Assembly: GCA_036280655.1 (NCBI GenBank)
Contig: DASUQI010000020.1
Location: 86,049-150,048, forward strand
Direction: 5' to 3'
DNA length: 64,000 nt
DNA from: Actinomycetota bacterium
GTDB lineage: Bacteria > Actinomycetota > UBA4738 > HRBIN12
The notes beneath the pieces were generated by a model. That model ran no database searches, was not told where the DNA came from, and saw only the letters and a list, made by a program, of their open reading frames with translations. Position 1 is the stretch's first letter, and each line of letters starts with the position of its first letter. Of this stretch, positions 20,002-34,036 are shown in pieces. Position numbers and translations under genes: made by a program.

Positions 20002-20321
20002 GGCGGCACTCCCGTCGGGTCTCGTGGGGCATCGCGCGCCTCGCGACGCTTGAACATCTTCAGCATGCGGTCGGTGATCAGGAACCCGGACACGATGTTC
20101 GTCGTCGATGCGAACACCGCGATGGCTCCGAGGACGGTGGCGAACGCCGCCTCTCCTGCACCCGCGAGGATCAGCGAGCCCACGATCGAGATGGCCGACA
20201 AGGCGTTCGTGAGCGACATCAGCGGTGTGTGAAGCAGGCCGGGGACCCGCGTGATGACCGCGTACCCCAGGAACGACGCCAGGACGAAGATGAACAGACT
20301 GATCTCGAGCGTCTCAGACAT
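19998..20321 (-). CDS. pntAB: NAD(P) transhydrogenase alpha subunit part 2 (small membrane subunit).
   Basis: It is about 107 aa with three TM helices, and a GAGGAGG RBS precedes ATG 20321. It sits between pntAA and pntB. Confidence 0.8.
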   Translation of the reverse strand: MSETLEISLFIFVLASFLGYAVITRVPGLLHTPLMSLTNALSAISIVGSLILAGAGEAAFATVLGAIAVFASTTNIVSGFLITDRMLKMFKRREARDAPRDPTGVPP

Positions 20322-21489
20322 CGCGCGCCTCCTCGAGCGCCTCGAGGACACGTGGATGGACGACCTCCCCGGCGCTCGCGACCAGCGTGGCGCGGACGAT
20401 CTCGTCCTCCTCGTCCACCACGATCCGTCCGTCCTTCGTTATCAGACCGAGGAACGCGGCCGCGTTCTTCGCGTACATCAGGCTCGCGTCGTGGGGAACG
20501 GTCGCCGGCAGGTTGGTCGGCCCGAGGATCGAGACCCCGTTCTCGGTGTGGATCGTTTCGTCGCGCCGGGTGAGCTCGCAGTTGCCGCCGCGCTCTGCCG
20601 CGCAGTCGACGATCACGGCCCCGGGATGCATCCCGGCGACCGCATCGGCCGTGATCAGGACCGGAGCGCCCGCGCCGGGGATGAACGCGGTCGTGACCAC
20701 CACGTCGACGCCCGCGACGACCGTGGAGAGCAGCTCCTGCTGACGCCGATAGAAGGCGTCGCCGAGCTCCTTCGCGTATCCGCTCTTGTCCTCGGCGTCC
20801 GCGGGCGCAAGAGGAAGCAGGACGCTCCGCGCACCGAGGCTCTCGATCTCCTCCTGCGCGGCGGGACGAACGTCGTACGCCTGCACGAGGGCGCCGAGCC
20901 GACGGGCCGTGGCGATCGCCTGGAGCCCCGCGACCCCGGCGCCGATCACGAACACCTGGGCCGGCGGGATGGTGCCGGCAGCGGTGGTGAGCATCGGGAA
21001 CAGCTTCGGCAGATGGTGGGCCGCCAGCAGGGCGGCGCGGTAGCCGGCCACCGTCGCCTGCGATGAGAGGGCGTCCATCGGTTGGGCACGGGTGATCCGC
21101 GGCATGAGATCGAGCGCGAACGCCACGAGCTTCGCCTCGGCCGCCGCGCGGACCGCGCCGGGCGAGCCCAGCGGGTCGGCCATCCCGATCACGACCTGGT
21201 CGGGGTGGGAGTCCGCCGGCCCGAGCCCGTCCGCGCCCCATCCACGCACGCGCACGACGATGTCCGCCTCGAGGATGTCCGCTCGGCGGCCGAGTCGGGC
21301 CCCGTGGGTCTCGTACGCGTCGTCTGGGAAGCCGGCGGACGCGCCGGCACCCCGCTCGACCAAGACCTCGAGACCCGATCGCGTGAGTTGCGGGACAACC
21401 GCGGGAACGATCGCGACCCGGGTCTCGCCGGCGTCGGTCTCGCGAGCCACGCCGACGGAGGTCGGCGGCCGCTCCGCATCGAGGGTCAT
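20314..21489 (-). CDS. pntAA: NAD(P) transhydrogenase alpha subunit part 1 (alanine-dehydrogenase-like NAD-binding).
   Basis: An NAD-binding GAGVAGLQA Rossmann motif is present. A GGGAGG RBS lies 6 nt before ATG 21489. Confidence 0.88.
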   Translation of the reverse strand: MTLDAERPPTSVGVARETDAGETRVAIVPAVVPQLTRSGLEVLVERGAGASAGFPDDAYETHGARLGRRADILEADIVVRVRGWGADGLGPADSHPDQVVIGMADPLGSPGAVRAAAEAKLVAFALDLMPRITRAQPMDALSSQATVAGYRAALLAAHHLPKLFPMLTTAAGTIPPAQVFVIGAGVAGLQAIATARRLGALVQAYDVRPAAQEEIESLGARSVLLPLAPADAEDKSGYAKELGDAFYRRQQELLSTVVAGVDVVVTTAFIPGAGAPVLITADAVAGMHPGAVIVDCAAERGGNCELTRRDETIHTENGVSILGPTNLPATVPHDASLMYAKNAAAFLGLITKDGRIVVDEEDEIVRATLVASAGEVVHPRVLEALEEARDV

Positions 21490-21503
21490 GACGACCTCCC
21501 GGT

Positions 21504-21707
21504 TCAGCCGGTGAGCTGGCGGGCTCGCATGGAGTGCTGGAAGATGGCCCAGCCCTCGAAGTCCTCGGTCTCGGCGCCACGATCTTCCGCGATGAAGTCG
21601 TCCGCCAGGTCGAGGATCTCCGCGTCGTCCAGCCCGTAGCGGTGCAAGGTCTCGCGGGCCTCGTTCGCCAGCAGGTGGGCGCATTCGGTCTCGCACGCGA
21701 CCGGGTG
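21504..21707 (-). CDS. Possible small acidic hypothetical protein (...HLLANEARETLHRYGLDDAEILDLADDFIAEDRGAETEDFEGWAIFQHSMRARQLTG). The start is uncertain.
   Basis: Only the last roughly 65 codons of ORF 21504..21920 have genome-typical high GC3, and no clear start codon is evident. Confidence 0.25.
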   Translation of the reverse strand, partial: HPVACETECAHLLANEARETLHRYGLDDAEILDLADDFIAEDRGAETEDFEGWAIFQHSMRARQLTG

Positions 21708-21977
21708 TCGGTGCCCGGGTGTCCCCCCGGGCTCGGACCGTCGATCAGCGAGCGGTCCGACGGGTAGGTCGTGCGGGACCGGATGATCCTCGTGGCGGAG
21801 TGCTCTGCGGTGCCGGCCCCTGCTCCAGATGTGGTGGCGGGTCACCGGTGTCACCCCCTTCGAGACCTCTTCGGTCTCATCTGAAGTATCTGGTCGCACG
21901 GAGTCCCCGGAGGGGGTCATCCGGCCCAGCTTGCCTGGGCCACGCGGCGCTCGGGTGTGATGGCGCGGCCGTGGTCG

Positions 21978-23011
21978 TTACGTCTGGACCGAGCCCGGGA
22001 TCCCTCGCCAGTCGTAGGGGCTCACGTAGCTCACGAGCATCTGCACGTAGTTCGACCGGGCGTACGCGATGGGGTCGGGGACGTTCGCCTGGCTCGCGCT
22101 CCCCTTGAGCTGTTCGATGCTCGCGTAGTCGTGTTCCTCCAGCCACGCTCCGAGGCCCTCGAGGACCTTCCCCAGGTGCTCGGGGCCGTGACGGAACAGC
22201 GCGCTCGCCATCATCGTCACGTCGGCGCCTGCGAGCAAGAGCTTCACCGCGTCCTCGGCCGACCAGACGCCGGTGGTCGCCGCGAGCGAGCACGACACGC
22301 GTCCGTGCAGGATCGCGATCCAGCGCAGCGGCAGTCGGAGCTCGTCGCTCGTCGACAGCTGCAGCCGGGTGTCCACCTCGAGCGTGTCGAGGTCGATATC
22401 CGGCTGGAGGAACCGATTGAAGAGCACGAGCCCGTCGGCCCCGGCCTCGTCGAGCCGGCGTGCCATGTTCGCCATCGACGAGAAGTACGGCCCCACCTTG
22501 ACGGCAAGCGGGATCGTGATGCTCTCGCGGACCGCCGCCACGAGGTCGAGGTACCGGCGCTCCACCTCTCCACCACTCTCATCCGGATCCGATGCGACGA
22601 AGTACACGTTGAGCTCGAGCGCGTCGGCGCCGGCATCTTCGATCAGCTTCGCGTACCGGACCCAACCGCCATCGGTGGCGCCGTTCAACGAGCCGATCAC
22701 CGGGATCTCGAGCTCCTTGCGGCACGCCTCGAGGTACCGGAGGTACTCGTCGGGACCCGTGTTGTAGTCCTCGAGCTCGGGAACGTACGAGAGGGCCTCG
22801 GGGAAGGACTCTGCCCCTGTCTCGATCACGCGGTGGGTCTGCAGCTCGTCGTGTTCGATCTGCTCCTCGAACAGGGACTGCATCACGACCGCCGACGCAC
22901 CGGCATCCTGCAATCGCCGAAGGGTGTCGATCCTCGCCGAGAGGGTGGAGGCCGACGGCACCAGCGGGTTCGAGAGTTCGAGCCCCAGATAGGTCGTTCG
23001 AAGGTCCACGC

Positions 23012-23015
<4 letters not shown>
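21978..23015 (-). CDS. Dihydroorotate dehydrogenase-like (PyrD family, class 1 TIM-barrel flavoprotein), translationally coupled to PFOR.
   Basis: It is about 345 aa beginning MSVDLRTTYLGLELSNPLVPSAS..., a PyrD/DHPD-like fold. The ATG overlaps the PFOR stop as ATGA. Confidence 0.8.
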
Positions 23016-26632
<3,617 letters not shown>

Positions 26633-26721
26633 CGCTCCTCCTCACGGCAGGATGCGCGTGAGCGAGGCGCTTGGCCGAAGGCTCTCGACCCGTCGCCGGG
26701 GGGCCGTTCGGCCCCTCTCGC

Positions 26722-27402
26722 TCAGCCCTGGGACCCGGGCGTGGTCGTGTGTCGCGCGAGGTAGGCGGCCGCCTCGGCCCGCCTGGCCACCTCGAGCTTC
26801 GACAGGATGCTCGAAACGTAGTTCTTGACCGTCTTCTCGGCGAGGCTGAGCTCGTCGCCGATCTCCTTGTTCGTCTTGCCGTCGGCGACCAGCGAGAGGA
26901 TCCGCTCCTCCTGGGGTGAGAGCCGGGCTAGGCGTTCGTCCTTCATGAGGTGCTTGCCTCGGCGGAGGCGATCCAGTACCGAGCTCGTGACGGCGGGGTC
27001 GAGGAGGCTCTCGCCCTTCCCGACGGTCCGGATCGCCCGGACGAGCTCGCCGCCCTTGACCTCCTTCAGGACGTAGCCGGAAGCGCCGGCCATGATCGAG
27101 GCGAAGAGGGCCTCGTCGTCGGCGAACGACGTGAGCATCACGACGCGGGTGTTGGGGTGCTTGGCGAGGATCTCCCGGGTCGCCTCGATCCCGCTGCCGT
27201 CGGCGAGGCGCACGTCCATCACCACGACGTCGGGACGGGACCGGTCGGCCTCGTCGATCGCCTCTCGGACGGAGCCGGCTTCCGCGGTCACGACGATGTC
27301 CTCGGTCGCCTGGAGGAGCGCCCTGATCCCGCCTCGCACGACCTCGTGGTCGTCGACCAGCAGGATCCGGAGCGGCGGCTTCTTCGAGGACTTCTCCGGC
27401 AC
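26722..27402 (-). CDS. dosR: Two-component response regulator, NarL/LuxR family, closely resembling mycobacterial DosR/DevR.
   Basis: A receiver domain (LLVDDHEVVRGG...DVVVMDVRLADGSGIE) is followed by a LuxR-type HTH (LSPQEERILSLVADGKTNKEIGDELSLAEKTVKNYVSSILSKL). Many DosR-conserved positions are present. Confidence 0.9.
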   Translation of the reverse strand: MPEKSSKKPPLRILLVDDHEVVRGGIRALLQATEDIVVTAEAGSVREAIDEADRSRPDVVVMDVRLADGSGIEATREILAKHPNTRVVMLTSFADDEALFASIMAGASGYVLKEVKGGELVRAIRTVGKGESLLDPAVTSSVLDRLRRGKHLMKDERLARLSPQEERILSLVADGKTNKEIGDELSLAEKTVKNYVSSILSKLEVARRAEAAAYLARHTTTPGSQG

Positions 27403-27411
27403 GAGGGAATC

Positions 27412-27888
27412 CTACCCCCGGGGGGTGGAAGGCTCTCGTGCGTGCAGGTGTTCGGCGACGCCCTCGAGGAAGTCCTTGAGCGTGGCTTCGGCTACGCGGT
27501 GGAGCAGCGCGCGATCCAACACCCGGCCGACCACGCCCAGGGGGGCCTGGTAGCGGGCGCTGATCGACAACTGGGTGCGGGCGGACCCGAGCGCCGCCAG
27601 TTCGATGTCACCGTCGAGGCGCGGGAACAGCCACTGGGCCCCCGTCGCGCGCCAGGTGACGGGCAGGGCCATGACGGAGGATGTCCCCCGCGGTGCTCCG
27701 AGCTCGATCTCGACCTTCTTGTCGATCCGCCGACCCTCCGAGCCGAGACCGACCTCCGCCAGCAGTCGGTGCCCACGATCCTCCGCGGCCTCCAGCATGC
27801 CGGGTATCCACCTGCTCGGGTCGTCGAGCAGTCCCGCCCGGACGGCCTCGAACGGGAGAGCGAGCTCCACGTAGTAGCGCGCGAACAT
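27412..27888 (-). CDS. Hypothetical protein (about 159 aa, MFARYYVELALPFEAVRAGLLDDPSRWIPGMLEAA...), possibly SRPBCC-like.
   Basis: Only the C-terminal 159 codons of ORF 27412..28251 look protein-like. It ends 10 bp upstream of dosR-like. Confidence 0.5.
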   Translation of the reverse strand: MFARYYVELALPFEAVRAGLLDDPSRWIPGMLEAAEDRGHRLLAEVGLGSEGRRIDKKVEIELGAPRGTSSVMALPVTWRATGAQWLFPRLDGDIELAALGSARTQLSISARYQAPLGVVGRVLDRALLHRVAEATLKDFLEGVAEHLHAREPSTPRG

Positions 27889-27985
27889 GGCCCACACGAT
27901 GCGCGATGGCCGTGCGACGTCAACGGGGCGAACGGCCCGTGGTGTTCGGGACCTCGGCCTCCAGACCGTGCCGGGGGAGGGGGTG

Positions 27986-28423
27986 ATGATCCCGTTCATG
28001 GGGACACACGGTCGAACGGTGCTGGTGGTCGAGTCATTCGCGGCCGAGCGCGAGCGCCTGGCTGCAGCGCTCGAGGACGACGGGTTCCTTGCCCTCTTGT
28101 GCCCCGGCCCATCGGAACCCGACTCCTCGTGCATCGGTTCACGCGGCGGCGCCTGCCCGCTCGAGGCCGAGGCATCGGTCGTGGTCCTCGACATGAGCAT
28201 CGGGAGCGACGAGGCCATGTTGGGGACGCCGGCGGAAGACCTGCTGGGCATGTATCTGGAAGGCGGTCACCCGGTCGTCGCGCTCGACGATCATCGGCGC
28301 GGGGGAGAGCCGGGGCAACTGATCGCGATGCGGCGGCATCCCGAGACACGGGATCTCCTCGCCGCGGTACGCCGGTTGGCACCCGACGCCGACGCTACGA
28401 CCGCAACGGCAACTCGATCCTGA
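27986..28423 (+). CDS. Receiver-domain-like (CheY-fold) small protein with a degenerate acidic pocket (VLVVESF... VVVLDMSIG...).
   Basis: A strong GGGGGAGGGGG RBS precedes ATG 27986. GC3 is about 88%. The 145-aa protein overlaps the 3' end of the kinase gene convergently by 29 nt. Confidence 0.45.
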   Translation: MIPFMGTHGRTVLVVESFAAERERLAAALEDDGFLALLCPGPSEPDSSCIGSRGGACPLEAEASVVVLDMSIGSDEAMLGTPAEDLLGMYLEGGHPVVALDDHRRGGEPGQLIAMRRHPETRDLLAAVRRLAPDADATTATATRS

Positions 28424-29501
28424 CCGTCGTTCCGAGGCCCGGGGTCGAGTCGATCGAGGTGGTTCCTCCGAGACCGGCGGCGCGCCGCTCCATGTTGGCA
28501 AGCCCGTCGCCGCGCCGGACGCTTGCCGGATCGAACGCCTTCCCGTCGTCGTCGACCTCGAGCACGGCGGAACCGTTCCGCCGGTACAGCGACAGGCGGC
28601 ACGTTGCCGCGCCGGAGTGACGGCCGACGTTCGAGAGGGCCTCGCGCGCGAGCTGCACCACATCGCCGGCCACGTCGGCAAGTCTCGACGCGACCGCGTC
28701 GTCGAGATCGACCGCGGTCACGATGCCGCTCTTGCGCTCGAAGTCCTCCACGAGCGATCGAAGGGCCGCATCGAGCTGTCGGTCGCCGAGGATGCCGGGG
28801 CGCAGGCCGAAGATGTAGGTGCGCAGGTCGCGGATCACGCGGTCGAGTTCCGCCACCGCCGCCTCGATCCGCTCCGACGTCTCCTCGTCGGGGGAGCGAA
28901 GCGCCGCCCCCTGCAGCCCCATCCCGACGGCGAACAGGGCCTGGATGACGCCGTCGTGCAGCTCCCGGGCGATGCGCTCTCGGTCCTCGAGGACCCCAAG
29001 GCGCTCGACCTCCTCATAGAGGTGCGCGTTCTCGATCGCGACCCCCGCCTGGGACGCCAGGATCACGAGGGCCTGCTCGTCCTCCTCGTCGAACTCCGCG
29101 GCGTCTTGCTTGTTGGTGAGATACAGGTTCCCGAAGACCGTCCCGCGCGAGATTACGGGAGCACCGAGGAACGAGGTCATCGACGGGTGGTTCGGCGGGA
29201 ACCCGTGCGACAGCGGGTGGTCGGCCAGGACCGGGATCCGGATGGGACGCGGGTCCTCGATCAGCAACCCCAGGATGCCGTGGCCGGTCGGCGGGTCGCC
29301 GATCGCCGCACGCTGCTCGGGGGTGATCCCCGTCGTCACGAACTCGGCGATGAGGCCGTCCTTCCCCAGCACACCGAGCGCTCCGTACTGGGCATCCGTA
29401 AGATCGGCGGCTGCCTCGATGATCCGCTGGAGGACTGCCTGAAGGCTGAGCTCGGAGGCGAGCGTCAGCCCGGTACGGATCAGTTGGTCTCGTCGGTCCA
29501 C
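28395..29501 (-). CDS. GAF-domain sensor histidine kinase (single GAF + HisKA_3 + HATPase_c), DosS/DosT-like.
   Basis: A GAF domain (...FLGAPVISRGTVFGNLYLTNK...) is followed by RIARELHDGVIQALFAV (the H-box) and a HATPase G-box (GLGGTTSIDSTPGLGTTVRIELP). Confidence 0.85.
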   Translation of the reverse strand: MDRRDQLIRTGLTLASELSLQAVLQRIIEAAADLTDAQYGALGVLGKDGLIAEFVTTGITPEQRAAIGDPPTGHGILGLLIEDPRPIRIPVLADHPLSHGFPPNHPSMTSFLGAPVISRGTVFGNLYLTNKQDAAEFDEEDEQALVILASQAGVAIENAHLYEEVERLGVLEDRERIARELHDGVIQALFAVGMGLQGAALRSPDEETSERIEAAVAELDRVIRDLRTYIFGLRPGILGDRQLDAALRSLVEDFERKSGIVTAVDLDDAVASRLADVAGDVVQLAREALSNVGRHSGAATCRLSLYRRNGSAVLEVDDDGKAFDPASVRRGDGLANMERRAAGLGGTTSIDSTPGLGTTVRIELPLRS

Positions 29502-29639
29502 GGGGTGGGAGCGTATCGCGGTCCCAGGCTGCGAGCGCCGGCCGGATAGGGACTCGTCGGTGATCGAGAGCCGAGGTCACGCGCCAGGATCGAGACCCCC
29601 CGGGCCTCAACCCTTCACGCGAGCCTCAACCCTTCAAGA

Positions 29640-30161
29640 TCACCCGACCCGACCATGCGGATCTCCTCGGAGTGTCTTGAAGATCCTGTTGGACCACACC
29701 TGCAGCCCCAACATGGCCTCGACGTACTCCCTGACCTCGCGCACCCTCGAACCCGGTGTCGGCCGCAGCGCCAGCACGTGCTCCAAGCGGCGCTTGACCT
29801 CCTCGTGGATCACGTCCGAGAGCAGCCCTACGAGCTCGTCCGGGCTGCCCGTCTCGATAGCCTGCTCCGCGACGGGGATCACCGGCCCCAGGTCGAGCCC
29901 GGCCGGCTTCAGCCCCGTGTAGGGGGCGTTCTCGCCGCGGCGATGGACCCGCACGACGGTCTCGAAGAAGTACAGGTCGGCAACCTCGCGCGCTTCGGGA
30001 CCGGCGGTGCGCGCGGCCGTCGACCGGGCGAACGCGGCTCGGACCTCTCCTTCACTCTCCTCCTTCACGAAGGGCAGCACCAGGTCGACGTTCCCCTCGT
30101 CGAGGGCCCGGATCGCGGCCTTGACGACGGGGCCGTCCAGTGAATCGCAGTGCGGTGGCAT
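29640..30161 (-). CDS. Hypothetical protein (about 173 aa).
   Basis: The ORF has coding-like composition. No recognised family was assigned. Confidence 0.5.
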   Translation of the reverse strand: MPPHCDSLDGPVVKAAIRALDEGNVDLVLPFVKEESEGEVRAAFARSTAARTAGPEAREVADLYFFETVVRVHRRGENAPYTGLKPAGLDLGPVIPVAEQAIETGSPDELVGLLSDVIHEEVKRRLEHVLALRPTPGSRVREVREYVEAMLGLQVWSNRIFKTLRGDPHGRVG

Positions 30162-30339
30162 CGCTCGACACCTCCTCATGACCGGCGGCACGCGGCGCCG
30201 GCGCTTTCACGTTCAGGCTACGGCCGTGATCGTTGCCCCGAAGGGCCGAACGGCCCGGAGAGTCCGTGAACCGGCTATGGGCCCGTGCTCCTGGGCGGCA
30301 CCGAGCGAGTGGGTTGCGAGGGACCATCGATCGGGGCCG

Positions 30340-32763
30340 CTACTCGACGACGCGCAGCGTGGATGGGACATCCATGCGACGAAGTCGACGGAGGGTGAGC
30401 AGCGGCGCGAGCCCGACCGCGAGCACGCCGAGCGCGAGCGCCGTCGCGATGGTAGTCGGGGAGATGGATACGATCATGCCGAGGTCGGGCATGTCGGTGG
30501 CAGCCCCCGAGACGATCCACCGTACGGCGAGGATGCCCAGACCGATGCCGATCAGGGTCCCGAGGATGCCCACGAGGAGCGCCTCGACGGTGAGTCCGCG
30601 CAGCACCGCGGCCGGCCGCACCCCGAAGGCGAACATCGTCGCGTGATCGCGGGCTCGCTCGTCCACGCTGATCGACGCGGCGTTGAAGGCGATCAGCAGC
30701 GCCAGCAGCAACACGAACAGCTCGAGGAAGCGCAGGATGTCCGTGAACCGCGCCATGAGCTCCTGCAGCGTGGTGGCCGCGGCGTCTGCCTCCTGTGCCG
30801 AGGCGACCCCCGGCACCTCGAACAGGGCGCGCTTCAAGGTTCCGAGGTCGGCGCCTGGCTCGGGAGCCACCAGGACCACGTTCGCCGCACCGGCGAGGCC
30901 GAACCGAACGGCGTCGGCGCGGTCGAGGTAGACGAACGACCGGATCGGGTACGGGTGGACTCCGATGACGCGCATCGGTTCCTCCGTGGAATCGAACGCG
31001 GTCGTCCCTTCCTCGACGACGGGGTGCCGCACCGTCACGACGTCCCCGGGTGCGAGGCCCAGATCGTCCGCGGCCTCTTGGGCGATCACGATGCCGGGCA
31101 GGTCGCCCGCCGGCACCGCCTGTTGAATCGTCGGGTGCCAGACGTCGTTGTTGAGGTCGAACGCCTCGAGGAACACGTTCACCGGGGCACCCTCAGCGCC
31201 GAGCAGTTGGCCGCCCATCCGGAGCGACGGCGTCGCGCTACGGACACCGGGCGTCGCGGCGATCGTCTCGACGGTCCCCCCGGAGGCGGGCACGATGCGG
31301 TTGAGCTCAACCTGGAGTCGATCGGGCGCGCCCGCCCGGACCTCCTGCACACCGGCGTCGATCGTGGCGTTGAACGAATCGATGCCGCCGACCACGCCGA
31401 CCATCGCGCTGATCGCCGCACCGAGCCCGATCGCGGTCAGGATCGTTCGTCGCGGCGCGCGCAGGACGTTCCGGAGCGGCATCAGGCCGAGGCTCGTGCC
31501 GTGCGCCGTGAGCCTCTTGAGGAGCGGTGTCAGCCCGCTCGCTTTGGCCGCGAGGTGCCCGGTCCGAAGCGCCGCCACCGGTGGCACGCGCACCGCTCGC
31601 CACACCGGCCAGAGCGTCGCCGCGATGGGCAGCAGCAGGCCTAACACCGCGGCTTCCATGAACTCACCTGTCTGGAACGAGGTTCGGAGGACGGGCATCG
31701 GGATCAACGACTCCAGCACCCGCGGAGCCCAGCCGCGACCAGCAACCCGACCCCGACGCCGAAGACGACGCCGAGCGACGCTACCTCGAGCCCCATCAGC
31801 ATCGGGCGGAGCGCGATCGACCATCGAGGCTGCCCGAGCGCCATCCCGACGCCCAGCTCGCGGCGCTTGGACTCGACGACCCGGCTCGTCAGGTTGAAGG
31901 CCGCGAACACCGCCGCGCCGAAGATGAGCACCGCGTCCATCGTGCGGCGGTCGTTCTCCATGTCGCCGTAGAGCGCCATGTAGGCGGGGTCGTCGTCGAT
32001 CGTCGACACGGTGGCGGACAGCGACGGGAGGGCGACCTGCAACGCGGCCGCGACGTCGGCCTTCGCCGCTTCGTGGTCGATCCCGGGCTCCAGCCGCAGC
32101 ACCAGATCGTTCACCGCCGTTCGCGCTGGCCAACTCCTGTGCCACCTGCAGGGGGGCGACGACCACGGCGAAGTTCGATTCGGCAAGGAACGCCCCGGTT
32201 TCGGTCGTGACCATGAAGTACTCGGGGGTGTAGACCGTGCCTACGTACGGCAGGCGGACCCCGCCGGGGAGGCCGATCTCGCCGGACGGGAGCAGGTCGT
32301 AGGCGTGGGCGAAGTGGCTCTCGAGAACCACGCCCGGACGAGCGACGTCGGCATGGGTGAGGGTTCGACCGCCCGTGACATCGAGCGCATCGACATGCGG
32401 ACCGTCGCCGGCGACATCGACCCCGATCAGCGCGCCGGGGACGAGGATCGTGCGCCCCTCCCGGGATGCGTCGACCTGCGTCGGGGTGATCAGGCGCTCT
32501 TCCGCGACGGCCACGTCGCTCAGTCCGGCCACCGCTTCGAGGAGGGTACCGGCCTGCACCGTGCTCCCGTCGGGGAGGTCGACCCGGATGTCGTGCGCGT
32601 GCAGGAGCGAGTAGCTCTCGTCGTAGGAGACCTGGCGCCAGGCGGTCATGCTTCCGAGTCCGGCCGACACGCCGGTTCCCACCGCGATGGCGGCGACCTG
32701 GGGCCAGCGCACCCGAAGGTCTCGGGCGGTCCATCGTAGCCAGAACCACGGCCGAAGCATCAC
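30340..32763 (-). pseudogene. FtsX/MacB-like ABC transporter permease (two FtsX domains) disrupted by two compensating frameshifts, with a real out-of-frame segment at about 31704-32130.
   Basis: Residues about 225-350 of the long ORF are Arg-rich nonsense. The alternative-frame ORF 31704..32186 encodes genuine FtsX sequence (DPAYMALYGDMENDRRTMDAVLIFGAAVFAAFNLTSRVVESKRRELGVGMALG). The frame switches at about 32130 (next to a C7/G6 run) and at about 31725. Confidence 0.6.
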
Positions 32764-32768
32764 GCCAC

Positions 32769-33236
32769 CTACCAGTGCAGGTCGGCGATGGGGGCCCGCC
32801 CACCCTTCGGCGGGCCGTCGCCGGACAGCTCGTGAGGGAAGTGATCGCGACGTTCGCCGAGTCCGACATCCGTGAGGATCCGATCGATATCGGCATCCGC
32901 CCCCGCCACGTCCGCCCCGAAGCGAACGTTCTCGGCCGCCGTAAGCCCGGGGAACAGGTTGAAGCTCTGGAAGATGAAGCTGACCGTGCGGCGCCGGAAC
33001 TCGAACAGGTCCTTGCGCCTCGCTCCTGAGATCCGCCGCCCGGCCACCGTGACCGTGCCCGACGTCGCTTCGTCGAGCGCCCCGACCAGATTGAGCAGGG
33101 TGGTCTTCCCGCTCCCGGATGGGCCCAGGACCACCACGAACTCACCTTCGTCCACCTCGAGGTCGACTCCCGCAAGCGCCGTGACGCTCACCCCATCGAG
33201 CTCGTAGCGTCGGGAGACGTCCTCGAGCAGCACCAT
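32769..33236 (-). pseudogene. ABC transporter ATP-binding protein remnant (about 155 aa) with Walker A and Q-loop. It terminates inside a corrupted signature motif (LSGDGPPKGGRAPIADLHW*) and lacks Walker B, D-loop and H-loop.
   Basis: It begins MVLLEDVSRRYELDG...GPSGSGKTTLLN..., but the stop falls right after the degenerate LSGG signature and 3 nt before the permease start. No other frame encodes the missing roughly 80 residues. Confidence 0.55.
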
Positions 33237-33572
33237 GGTGGCCGTCTCGTCTCGGTGCCCCGGGTGCCGAGCCCGTGTCAGCACCGATCCGATGAGCGAT
33301 GTCGGTCCTCGCTGATCCATGCTGATCCTCCTGATCCCGTCCAATCGAACGGAACGCTCGTTCCCAGGGGTCCAACGACTCACGTTCGGCAGGACGGACG
33401 CGAACGGCGCCGGCCGTCGGAACGCCAGAGGTCGGGTGCCCAGCGGCCGAGGGGCCTTCGGCCCTGAGGGTCGGAGGGTGGGTCTCCTAGATTCATGTTG
33501 AGGCGGGCCGTCGACGACCCACGACGGTCGCGGACGGAGAAACGAACTGCAGGAGGGACCAAGGAGGGGATC

Positions 33573-33926
33573 ATGGGCAACCCGGTGGTGCACTTCGAGA
33601 TCGGCGGGCTCGACGCTGAACGAACCCGCGCCTTCTACTCCGAGCTGTTCGATTGGGACGTCGAGGGCGATCCCGGCGGGTACGCGCTGGTCGATACGCG
33701 ATCGGACGCGGGCATCCGCGGGGGCATCATGCAGACACCTCCGCAGGCGCAGCCGTACGTGACCTTCTACGTGGGCGTCGACGACCTGGACAAGTACCTG
33801 ACGCGTGCTCAGGAGCTCGGGGGAACCAAGGTCCTCGAGCCGATGGAGGTAGGGCGGATCGGCGCGTTCGCGATGTTCGCCGACCCGGACGGCAACCTCG
33901 TCGGGCTGTTCAGGGAGAACGCCTAG
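33573..33926 (+). CDS. VOC (glyoxalase/bleomycin-resistance/dioxygenase) family protein.
   Basis: An AAGGAGG RBS precedes ATG 33573. The 117-aa protein MGNPVVHFEIGG... shows the VOC fold. Confidence 0.8.
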   Translation: MGNPVVHFEIGGLDAERTRAFYSELFDWDVEGDPGGYALVDTRSDAGIRGGIMQTPPQAQPYVTFYVGVDDLDKYLTRAQELGGTKVLEPMEVGRIGAFAMFADPDGNLVGLFRENA

Positions 33927-34036
33927 CCCGAACGCCGACACCGGCCGAGACTACGTCGGCGACCCGTCGAACCCGGAGCGTCGGATATGCCAGGAGCCCC
34001 GGAACACGTCCCGGGGCTCCTCAGCGCTGCATCGCC

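Noticed and set aside
31704-32186. Separate 160-aa ORF in the permease region.
   Set aside because: It is not an independent gene. It is the genuine FtsX reading frame of the frameshifted permease and is reported as part of the pseudogene.
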